57,102 nucleotides of DNA, from the IMG/VR virus record IMGVR_UViG_3300017430_000001, positions 1-57,102 of that record. One strand, given 5' to 3'. The notes beneath the pieces were generated by a model. The model was not told where the DNA came from. It did no database searches and saw nothing but the letters and a program-made list of their open reading frames with translations. The DNA is from a virus. The translations under genes and the position numbers were made by a program. Below, in pieces: positions 49,947 to 57,102 of this stretch; within the stretch, counting starts at the first letter, position 1; every line of letters begins with the position of its first letter.

Positions 49947-50619
49947 TCTTTAGCCACGCGGCGTAGGTAAGTGGGAATAGCTCGGAGATGTGGGTTTCAA
50001 TCTTCCGGGCTACTTCCATAATCTCGTGCTGTGGGTGCCCGTGTGAGCCGTTACGCTGACTCAGGACGTAGAACCACGCTCGGAGGTTTCCTGAGACGTA
50101 CAGGGACGTGTACAGGCCCTCCGGGAGCACCGTACGGGCTACTTCCTTGGCTACCCCGTCTGCGAGTAGCGCCTGGTACTGTTCGGTGGCCGCGGTTGCA
50201 ACGTGTCGAATTTGTGTGACCGTTCGGAAAGACAGGAAGTTCTTTTCCTTCTCGTCAGGGTGTTGCAGATTGGGCCGTGCCGAGTCCCCCTTGTTCACCA
50301 GCGGGCGGTCCGTGTCGGGAACCCAGAACACAGGGTCAGCCTCGGTATACCGGCCAGACTGCACAGAGAATGACAGGTGGCGGTGGCGGGTTAGTTGACC
50401 TAGGGCAAACAGTGGAACCTCTAGCCGGAAGGTTGCCCCTAGATGCTCGAACGGTGCCCAATGCCCCTCGGACACAAGGTAGTTAATTAGCCCTGTCAGT
50501 CGCTCGGGCTTTAGTTCCTGCTCCCCCGTAGACACCCGCGCAGCAAGAGCCGCAAAGTGATCCGTCCCCCACGACTGTAGCAGGTCTACGGTCATATCGC
50601 TTCTAAAAGTCGGCGTCAT
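49933..50619 (-). CDS. thyX: Flavin-dependent thymidylate synthase
   Basis: ThyX signature RHRHLSFSVQSGRY. Confidence 0.9.
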   Translation of the reverse strand: MTPTFRSDMTVDLLQSWGTDHFAALAARVSTGEQELKPERLTGLINYLVSEGHWAPFEHLGATFRLEVPLFALGQLTRHRHLSFSVQSGRYTEADPVFWVPDTDRPLVNKGDSARPNLQHPDEKEKNFLSFRTVTQIRHVATAATEQYQALLADGVAKEVARTVLPEGLYTSLYVSGNLRAWFYVLSQRNGSHGHPQHEIMEVARKIETHISELFPLTYAAWLKTTQQ

Positions 50620-50816
50620 TCAACAACTCTCCGTAATTTGTCCATTGTAAAACGGGTGTACGCATACGTGTAAGCATCACGCCAAGTTGTAAAGTCTTCG
50701 CGGTCTTTTGGACGGGCCGCTCTATGAGCACACCACCACTCGTCTCCCGACTGATGCACAATCCATTTAAGACTGTGATCCGAGTAAGAGTTGTCATACC
50801 AGCGAGATGTTTTCAT
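50616..50816 (-). CDS. Hypothetical protein
   Basis: ORF track. Confidence 0.5.
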   Translation of the reverse strand: MKTSRWYDNSYSDHSLKWIVHQSGDEWWCAHRAARPKDREDFTTWRDAYTYAYTRFTMDKLRRVVE

Positions 50817-51040
50817 TCAGCAATCTCCCAGTTTTGTTCGTGAAGTGCGAACTCTAGCGACCGGTAGGCTTCCTGTGCCGTCTTACCCTTGCGCTCGATG
50901 AAGATGTTCTCACCTGTGCTCAGCGGGCCTTGGATGCTCGCCACCCACTCGTAACTGACGACGTTGGAACTATCGTGAAGGTTATAACCGCTAATCTGAC
51001 CCTCGGCCAGTGATACGTGCTTCCGCTTAATTGTCTTCAC
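50813..51040 (-). CDS. Hypothetical protein
   Basis: ORF track. Confidence 0.5.
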   Translation of the reverse strand: MKTIKRKHVSLAEGQISGYNLHDSSNVVSYEWVASIQGPLSTGENIFIERKGKTAQEAYRSLEFALHEQNWEIAE

Positions 51041-51072
51041 GGTAGTACCCTTCCAGCCGTTCCAGGATTTGC

Positions 51073-51231
51073 TCAGTTGTCTCGATCACGGTACGACCCC
51101 TTTGCCGCCTGGATTGCCAACTCTTCCGTGCGATAGTTCCCGTCAGCACCCCACGGCGTACCGTTCACGCTCATCGTGTAGTCGTACAGGTACCCGTCAT
51201 TCTCCCAGACGGTAATGTCAAGCCTTGCCAT
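51073..51231 (-). CDS. Small hypothetical protein (52 aa, MARLDITVWENDGYLYDY..)
   Basis: My translation. Confidence 0.35.
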   Translation of the reverse strand: MARLDITVWENDGYLYDYTMSVNGTPWGADGNYRTEELAIQAAKGSYRDRDN

Positions 51232-51454
51232 TCTTCAACCCCTCAATAGTATTACGCAATTCAGCCATGCGCTTGCGCTCGTTAGGCACGTCAAGTGGTT
51301 CTGGGGGCTGAGGTTCATATCCAACCCAATCAGCCAACGCCGCAATAGCCTTGTATACGTTGGTAATATCGTATTGGAGAGCGAAATCAAACTCGCTTCC
51401 ATAGGACAAAGGATTGTCTGCCCGCCAGATACCGTAGTCTAGGTACGTCTTCAT
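51218..51454 (-). CDS. Hypothetical protein
   Basis: ORF track. Confidence 0.5.
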   Translation of the reverse strand: MKTYLDYGIWRADNPLSYGSEFDFALQYDITNVYKAIAALADWVGYEPQPPEPLDVPNERKRMAELRNTIEGLKNGKA

Positions 51455-51606
51455 CAGATAATCCCCTCGTCAATAGCCCACTTCAATTCCGCCATCAGCT
51501 TCGGGTAGGCGTTGATGCTATCCACATACTCTAGAACGCGGTCAACGCCCTGCCGGTAAGCATCCTCCTTAACCTCGCCCACCCATGTATCGCTGTTGTA
51601 TCGCAT
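51454..51606 (-). CDS. Small hypothetical protein (50 aa, MRYNSDTWVGEVKEDAYRQG..)
   Basis: My translation; TGATG junctions on both sides. Confidence 0.4.
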   Translation of the reverse strand: MRYNSDTWVGEVKEDAYRQGVDRVLEYVDSINAYPKLMAELKWAIDEGII

Positions 51607-52208
51607 CAGTTATTCTCCATCCACTCCGACACCATAGCATGTACGCCACGGTGCTTCAACTCCCGCTGCAAATAGGCCAGACCGTGAGCACATGCTGAAC
51701 GAAAGTCATCCGCGTCCGTCGTCCCCAGCGCTAACGGGGCCACGTAGAACCCGCTATCTTTCAGAAACTTGTGCTCACGCTTCTTCTTATCCGCCTTATC
51801 CTTGCCGCCCACAAGATACTGTAACTTCGGGTCACGCCAACGCTTCTCAGTAGGTGAATAGTCGGGCATCAACCCCAGGGCGATAAGGGCACCCTCCCCC
51901 CGGAGGGGTTCGAGGCTATCCGTCGTGTAGGAAAAACCTTGAGTATTACGGGCAGTAAACTTTTCGGAAATCGGAGTAAACTTTACCCACTCGGGCCACC
52001 CTTTCCTACCAATCCAATTGACACCTTCCTCTTTTTCAAGATCGTGAACGGCAAGAGTCAGGTGCTGGTCGGTCCAATGTAAAAGCCCATTTACGCCCCC
52101 ACTGAACTGCCAGGACCCCTCTAGCCACGCCTCTTGGTCGTTGTATGCCAATAGGGCAATTCCCGAACTCTTGCCCGGGTCGATGCTCAGAATGTATTGG
52201 TCAGTCAA
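51606..52208 (-). CDS. ruvC: RuvC-like Holliday junction resolvase
   Basis: ILSIDPGKSSGIALL and C-terminal TTDADDFRSACAHGLAYL. Confidence 0.7.
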   Translation of the reverse strand: MTDQYILSIDPGKSSGIALLAYNDQEAWLEGSWQFSGGVNGLLHWTDQHLTLAVHDLEKEEGVNWIGRKGWPEWVKFTPISEKFTARNTQGFSYTTDSLEPLRGEGALIALGLMPDYSPTEKRWRDPKLQYLVGGKDKADKKKREHKFLKDSGFYVAPLALGTTDADDFRSACAHGLAYLQRELKHRGVHAMVSEWMENN

Positions 52209-52425
52209 TGATCGACCTTCCGTCTAGGTAACGCTTCATGTCCCAAGGGTACACAATCGGTGCCCCGTGTGCAACCTCGCACTTTTTGTCGCCACCATCA
52301 TCAGACCCACCGCAGACCATCATCGTCTGACCCCGCATCCAATCCCAGAAGTCATCCTCACGGTCTCCAACGAGTTCTTTCACCTGATGATATGTGTAGC
52401 CTCCACGGCACTCCGGGTCAATCAT
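52201..52425 (-). CDS. Hypothetical protein
   Basis: ORF track. Confidence 0.5.
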   Translation of the reverse strand: MIDPECRGGYTYHQVKELVGDREDDFWDWMRGQTMMVCGGSDDGGDKKCEVAHGAPIVYPWDMKRYLDGRSIID

Positions 52426-52582
52426 TGACTTTCCCCTCTGCTACGTAGTCACGCCACCGGGACCACGAATCCAAGGCCCGATCAATGTAGGCCAGGTCCG
52501 CATCGTCAACATCAAAGCTCCACTCACCCACCTGGTAGAACGACCCATTGAATACAACTTCGGGGCTTTCGTAGTTAGGCAT
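52418..52582 (-). CDS. Hypothetical protein (start MPNYESPEVVF)
   Basis: ORF track trimmed; TGATG junction with the polA stop. Confidence 0.45.
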   Translation of the reverse strand: MPNYESPEVVFNGSFYQVGEWSFDVDDADLAYIDRALDSWSRWRDYVAEGKVND

Positions 52583-54582
52583 CAGTGAGCGGCATCCTTC
52601 CACGTCTTGCCATATCCTACCCCAACCGGGAAAAGAATAGGCATGCTTACGTTCGTCTTGGGATCAAACACCCGTTCCATGCAATCTTTGGTCACCGCCA
52701 CGTCCCTCTCAATCGTTTCCTCATCGTAGGCTAACAGAAGTTCGTCGTGAATAATAGCCCGAAGAGAGCGAATGTAATACTCGCCCTTGCGAATCAGACG
52801 GAGGATCGCGTCACCCATCATCTCCCGGGTGGTTGACTGTCCCAGGTGCGCGGGTCCCTGGTTGTACGCGCGGCCTTCATCCACCTTCAAACGTCGTCCC
52901 CAAGAGTTTACAACGTAGCCTTGCTGTTCAGCGTCTTTTACGGCCTTGTCCTTGAACATCTTCAGCCACGCATAGGACTCGTTGAAGTTGGTAATAAAGT
53001 CTCTGGTATCCATCGCGTCCTCGGGCTTGGGAAGTTCTTTCTGCCCGTACTTGGTGTTCGCGGGTGCCCAGAACGTCAGACCCATTTTCTCTTTCTTGGA
53101 CTCCTTGTTCAACGTTACCGCCAGCTTGTAGGCACCGATGTTGAAGTTCTGCGCGTGTCCTGCGGCTTTGGAAACCGGGCGGAGAGCAGGTCGGGCTTTC
53201 TTATCGCGCGGTCCTGTGCCGTAGTAAGCGTCCGCTCCAAAAAGCGCTTCACCGGTCAAGTTATGGGCGTCGTGAAGATCGTTTCCCTCTTCGTCTCGCT
53301 CGAACCGGCGCGCGTATTCGTCGTCTCCACTCATCGCGGCCATCGCGCGGGCGTCAGCACCCGAGAAGTCAAATCCTGCCAAGACCTTACCGTCTTCTGC
53401 GGTGAACAGTGCTTTATCGGCCTTTAGCTTTTCGTTGCGCTCCCCGAAGATCGTAACCCCCGGGTTGGTGAAGGACCACCGGCCCGAGCGCTGCAAGGAA
53501 GTAATGTCGGGGTGTACTCGACCATCCGGCTTGGTGTTGTCGAGAACAAGTTGCGGGATAGAACGCATTCCCTTTAGTTCTGAGATAGCCGCCGCAAAAG
53601 CCTCGGCCTCTTCGCTCACACCCTCGGCCAGCATCTTCAGTTCCTCGCCGCCCATCTTCAGCGACCCATCAGGGAACTTAGCACTTGGCGGGTTACGCGG
53701 CCAGTCCACCGTCTCAACTGAAATACCAAAATCGCACATAGCTGAATAGATCGCGGCTTTACCCTTATCGGTGTCCCACGGCTTCTTGCCCTCGGTGGGG
53801 AAATCGTATCTCTCTACAAGCCACGCCATGATCTTCTCGCGCGATTCGGTCATCTCTTGAACGCGGGCACGGGCGTATTCTTGGTTGACAAGGATACCGT
53901 TGCGGTGCATTTGCCCCACCGTTGCTGAGATAATTTCCATCTCGCGCCAAATGTATTCGCCCGGGTAGTTCTGCAACTTGATTTCGTTCAGCAGGTACTT
54001 GTAAAGCGCCCGGAGTGCAATTACGTCGTTCTCCGCGTAGATTCGGAAGTCAGGGTCATCGAGCGGGATGAGTCCGTACTCGTAGTCCTTGACAAGTGTG
54101 CCTTTAGGCTGGTACTTCTTGGCAAGTTCTTTCAGGTTCCCGATCTTGCCGGGCAGGTTCTTTTGGTACGTCAGGTTAGCAAGTGAGAGCCATCCCATCG
54201 TGTGCTCAACCGGCTTGGTGGCAGCAGTCGATACCGCGCCGCTTTCACGCTTGTACGCGAACGGGGACGGGAGCAAAATGTTCGCCATGTAAAAGGTGTC
54301 AATGACCTTACGCTCCATCGCCATGTACAGCGGCTCAATGGAATCCATGCCGAAAATCCAGGTAAGGTCGCTGGAAATACCGTTGTGGCTGACGATGTAA
54401 TCTGCCGTCCTGAGAATGTTGCGAACTTCCTCCAAGTCTTCGGGGGTATGAACCTCTTTGAGAATAACGGGACCGTTGTCAAGAGCGTACTGGAACAGGC
54501 GTACGAACTCAAACGGCTCCATCTCGTATTCACGGCCAGCCGAAAAAGTTTCCGAGTCAAAATAGCACGTCGTCTTAGTCAC
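52582..54582 (-). CDS. polA: Family A DNA polymerase with a 3'-5' exonuclease domain
   Basis: YFDSETFS (exo I), DFSGADARAM (motif A), RPVSKAAGHAQNFNIGAY (motif B), IIHDELLL (motif C). Confidence 0.9.
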   Translation of the reverse strand: MTKTTCYFDSETFSAGREYEMEPFEFVRLFQYALDNGPVILKEVHTPEDLEEVRNILRTADYIVSHNGISSDLTWIFGMDSIEPLYMAMERKVIDTFYMANILLPSPFAYKRESGAVSTAATKPVEHTMGWLSLANLTYQKNLPGKIGNLKELAKKYQPKGTLVKDYEYGLIPLDDPDFRIYAENDVIALRALYKYLLNEIKLQNYPGEYIWREMEIISATVGQMHRNGILVNQEYARARVQEMTESREKIMAWLVERYDFPTEGKKPWDTDKGKAAIYSAMCDFGISVETVDWPRNPPSAKFPDGSLKMGGEELKMLAEGVSEEAEAFAAAISELKGMRSIPQLVLDNTKPDGRVHPDITSLQRSGRWSFTNPGVTIFGERNEKLKADKALFTAEDGKVLAGFDFSGADARAMAAMSGDDEYARRFERDEEGNDLHDAHNLTGEALFGADAYYGTGPRDKKARPALRPVSKAAGHAQNFNIGAYKLAVTLNKESKKEKMGLTFWAPANTKYGQKELPKPEDAMDTRDFITNFNESYAWLKMFKDKAVKDAEQQGYVVNSWGRRLKVDEGRAYNQGPAHLGQSTTREMMGDAILRLIRKGEYYIRSLRAIIHDELLLAYDEETIERDVAVTKDCMERVFDPKTNVSMPILFPVGVGYGKTWKDAAH

Positions 54583-54929
54583 TTCAACTCCAATCCGTTG
54601 AGAAGTTCGTTGCCCTTTCGGACCATGCGGGAGTGTGCGGAAAAGCCTTGGGGGTTGGGGTTATAGTCTGGGAACCACCTGTGGACTGTTCTGTGATCGA
54701 AGCCAAGAGTCTTACGAATCTCCGACAGACTCCACTCATCCTCAACCGCCGCGCACAAGGCATCGTAGCGCTCTAGGGTGAACGTGGAGTCCCGCTTGGT
54801 GTCACCTGCCGCCCGGAGGACTGCGCACACGTTATCGTACGCCATGCCCGTCTCCCGTGCGATCCAGTGGCGAGGCCGGTTATTCTGTCGATGCCCCCAC
54901 ACCGCCGTCAGCAGTTCCAACCCCTGCAC
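54579..54929 (-). CDS. Helix-turn-helix DNA-binding protein
   Basis: WSLSEIRKTLGFDHRTVHRWFP is an HTH-like segment. Confidence 0.5.
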   Translation of the reverse strand: MQGLELLTAVWGHRQNNRPRHWIARETGMAYDNVCAVLRAAGDTKRDSTFTLERYDALCAAVEDEWSLSEIRKTLGFDHRTVHRWFPDYNPNPQGFSAHSRMVRKGNELLNGLELK

Positions 54930-54930
54930 G

Positions 54931-55077
54931 TTACTCCGTCAGTTCGAGGATAGCGTGAGCAATGTCGCGGGCGTCTTCAACCGAAATGTTGATTGCATCC
55001 GCCGCATACGCACGAATGTATACGCCAATCGAGTCCACTGCGACGTGCCAGTTCTCAGTCCGTCGTACATCAACCAT
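54931..55077 (-). CDS. Small hypothetical protein (48 aa, MVDVRRTENWHVAVDS..)
   Basis: My translation. Confidence 0.35.
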   Translation of the reverse strand: MVDVRRTENWHVAVDSIGVYIRAYAADAINISVEDARDIAHAILELTE

Positions 55078-55282
55078 TAACCGCCACCTCCATCACAAAC
55101 AGTTCGCCCTCGTCATCAACCTTAAATACGGAAACGTTAGACAGGCGCTTACGTTCTTTCTCCGCTGATTCATAGTCAAGGAAGAACGTAGACCACGCGC
55201 CGTACACATACCCGTCTACTGCGTGCTTGCTACGACTCTTCCACTTCTCGACAACAACGTAAGCATTAAACCTCGTAGACAC
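55070..55282 (-). CDS. Hypothetical protein (70 aa from GTG; ..STRFNAYVVVEKWKSRSK..)
   Basis: C-terminal part of track ORF 55070..55432; GAAGGAGG 5 nt upstream of the GTG at 55282. Confidence 0.45.
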   Translation of the reverse strand: MSTRFNAYVVVEKWKSRSKHAVDGYVYGAWSTFFLDYESAEKERKRLSNVSVFKVDDEGELFVMEVAVNG

Positions 55283-55655
55283 CAAAGCCTCCTTCAATTC
55301 CGGTGAACACGCACTTACCCACGCCAGCCCTAGCAATAGCGATACGACACTGGGGGCAGGGCATAGACAGCATAGGTCCCCCGAGCCGGTTGACGCGGGC
55401 CACGAACAAAACCGAACGTCCGTCGTGAACATCGTAGTTCAGTTGACGCAAAACCGCAACCTCGGCGTGGAAAGAGGCTTCGCGCTTCGGGTCGGTAACA
55501 TGCATCGGGTGGGAGCGAAACGAATTCACCCCCACCGCCAGCACCCGCCTACCGATAGCCAACACGCTTCCGTGCATCTGCCGACACGTACTCTGCCCCG
55601 CCACCTTCACCGCCCGGGACAGGTGCGCTTCTTCCGCTCGGGTAAGGCTACTCAC
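55266..55655 (-). CDS. dCMP/cytidine deaminase
   Basis: Zinc motifs FHAEVAV and PCPQC. Confidence 0.8.
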   Translation of the reverse strand: MSSLTRAEEAHLSRAVKVAGQSTCRQMHGSVLAIGRRVLAVGVNSFRSHPMHVTDPKREASFHAEVAVLRQLNYDVHDGRSVLFVARVNRLGGPMLSMPCPQCRIAIARAGVGKCVFTGIEGGFGVYEV

Positions 55656-55876
55656 TGCCCCATCTCATCCGCTTCAAAGATATCCCAATATCGGGCGTCG
55701 ATGGCGATACGGAGGTAATTAGACGGCTGTTCGGGAATGATTTCCAGGTAAGCGTTGGAATCAAACCCACCAAGATACCTACGTGTGATCCAGCCTTTAA
55801 TCACGTCCTGAGGCACACTTACGGATGAAGCATGGACGTACGAGCCCTCTTCGATAATCTCACCCGTTGATGACAT
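55652..55876 (-). CDS. Hypothetical protein
   Basis: ORF track. Confidence 0.5.
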   Translation of the reverse strand: MSSTGEIIEEGSYVHASSVSVPQDVIKGWITRRYLGGFDSNAYLEIIPEQPSNYLRIAIDARYWDIFEADEMGQ

Positions 55877-57102
55877 ACATAATCTCCTTGTTGTTGCCCG
55901 ATACCGGGACGTGATTCACCCTACCACTCTCCACCAAGAAACTCAACCTGTCGTTCAACTCGTTTTGGGAGCGAACGATGAGACCCTTGAACTGATGGAG
56001 CAGTGCCGCCCGGGAGACTGAGCCGCCTTCGTGCTTGATGTAATCTTCGATGAGGGCAAGATCACGTGAATACGGACTCTCCGCAATCTCGTTGGCTACC
56101 ATCAGTAGGGTCTTAAACCATGTCTCAGCGTGGTAAATCGCCGTCAGCACGTCCACGGTGTCAAAGACCGTTTCACCTCGGTACAGGGCCAGCAGCGCCG
56201 CGCACTTAAGGATGGTTTCTTTCAGTCGGGTGACACTCGGCTCAATCGAGTCGTAGCGGGGGTGCTTCTCGCCCTTCTTGTAGAACGCCCGGATTGCCTT
56301 TTCAACCCGCTTAGTGGCCTTGTCATCGCCAGTCACCGGAACCGTGGAGTCGAACTGGGCTGCGACACTTGCAAGGTCGTTTGCCAACTCGAAGGCTGCG
56401 GGACTGATGCGCTTTTCAGTCGTTGTGGAGTAGGTGATGCGGTTCTTGGCGTCCGGGTCGATGGGGGGTGCCCCGATAACCCAGTTCGTTCGTGCTAGGA
56501 AGCCGGATGCGAACATGGATGCATCAATGAGGGGGAGGAAGCGGTCAGGCGTTGCCATCATAAAAGACGACAGGGAAGTACGCGCGTTCTTACCCCGGAG
56601 TTCTTTCATGTTCAGCTTGGTAGAACCCTTAACCCAGCCGTTGTACCAGCGGGCGAACCGGTCAGGAAGAGTTGCCATCCAATCTTTAGATCGGAGATTC
56701 ATAAAGAACGACGACGCCTCATCTTCGTAAATAAGGGTTGGCTTTCCATCCCGGGTAAGAAGGTCCATCTCCATGCCCTCGGGGGAGGAATTAGCGCTCA
56801 TGGAAAACGAACTGTCATCTTCGTGTAGCAGAACGCGGAACACTTCTTGCAGGAATTCACCTTCAGAAGTCTTACCCGTACCACTCATCGCAGCAATTGT
56901 GAACCACAGATTCATTTCCAGCGGGGTTGCACCGATAGGAACGTACGCCCGGGTTCCGAAAGCCATTGACAAACACGTCCATGCCGCAGGAACTGCCACG
57001 TCGAGATTCACGAATCCCTTGGAAGCCGAAGCCGCAACGTAGGAGTCGATGAAGGTGTCGTTTTCGAGAACAGTCTCTAGTTCTTTGTCGGTAAGAAATT
57101 CG
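55860..57102 (-). CDS. PrimPol/helicase fusion, C-terminal P-loop NTPase part (continues from 1307..1 through the circular junction)
   Basis: Walker A AAMSGTGKTS. The ORF stays open to the right window edge, in frame with the PrimPol domain at 1..1307. Combined length about 808 aa. Confidence 0.8.
   Translation of the reverse strand, partial: EFLTDKELETVLENDTFIDSYVAASASKGFVNLDVAVPAAWTCLSMAFGTRAYVPIGATPLEMNLWFTIAAMSGTGKTSEGEFLQEVFRVLLHEDDSSFSMSANSSPEGMEMDLLTRDGKPTLIYEDEASSFFMNLRSKDWMATLPDRFARWYNGWVKGSTKLNMKELRGKNARTSLSSFMMATPDRFLPLIDASMFASGFLARTNWVIGAPPIDPDAKNRITYSTTTEKRISPAAFELANDLASVAAQFDSTVPVTGDDKATKRVEKAIRAFYKKGEKHPRYDSIEPSVTRLKETILKCAALLALYRGETVFDTVDVLTAIYHAETWFKTLLMVANEIAESPYSRDLALIEDYIKHEGGSVSRAALLHQFKGLIVRSQNELNDRLSFLVESGRVNHVPVSGNNKEIMYVING
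56980..57102. repeat. Right copy of the 123-bp terminal overlap
   Basis: Identical to 1..123. Confidence 0.95.

Noticed and set aside
1-57102. CRISPR arrays, integrase/attP, or lysogeny module
   Set aside because: I saw no regularly spaced repeat-spacer array, no tyrosine or serine recombinase motifs, and no CI-like repressor in any frame. A temperate lifestyle cannot be excluded from sequence alone, but nothing supports it.

Overview
The window is a complete, circularly closed genome of a tailed dsDNA phage. Its first 123 bp (1..123) are identical to its last 123 bp (56980..57102), so the unique length is about 56,979 bp. The junction falls inside a primase-helicase gene, so it is an assembly cut, not a physical end. 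The content points to a siphovirus-type actinobacteriophage: a WhiB-like gene, ThyX, TTGACA-N17/18-TAnnnT promoters (several placed for leaderless mRNAs), many GTG/TTG starts with 4-nt overlaps, and a tape-measure gene preceded by a G/T frameshift. I saw no LysB, integrase or repressor. There are two arms. The rightward arm (18.9-48.4 kb) carries small early genes, a membrane-protein cassette, terminase, a GIY-YIG endonuclease, portal, scaffold, decoration protein, major capsid, an unusual fibre-like cassette, connectors, two tail-tube paralogues, chaperones, tape measure, minor tail proteins including an M23 peptidase, a split endolysin and a holin. The leftward arm runs from 18.5 kb down through position 1 and wraps to 48.6 kb. 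It carries many tiny Zn-ribbon ORFs, an SNF2 helicase, WhiB, an HNH endonuclease, Erf, a PD-(D/E)XK exonuclease, SSB, two tRNA-like genes, PrimPol-helicase, dCMP deaminase, PolA, RuvC, ThyX, NrdH and a DEDD exonuclease. The most interesting signals are these: (1) a conserved 19-nt extended -10 motif (ACTGATAAACTGGTATAAG) present in at least 13 copies, usually starting at or overlapping stop codons, and twice followed only by a structured segment and a terminator (candidate small RNAs); (2) two insertions (an HNH endonuclease and a Zn-ribbon ORF) that are each flanked by a duplicated 5' end of the downstream gene; (3) a promoter-bearing fibre-like cassette placed between the major capsid and connector genes; (4) terminator-bounded moron-like membrane cassettes; (5) repeat-dense control regions. 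All functional calls come from motif recognition by eye; no database search was run.
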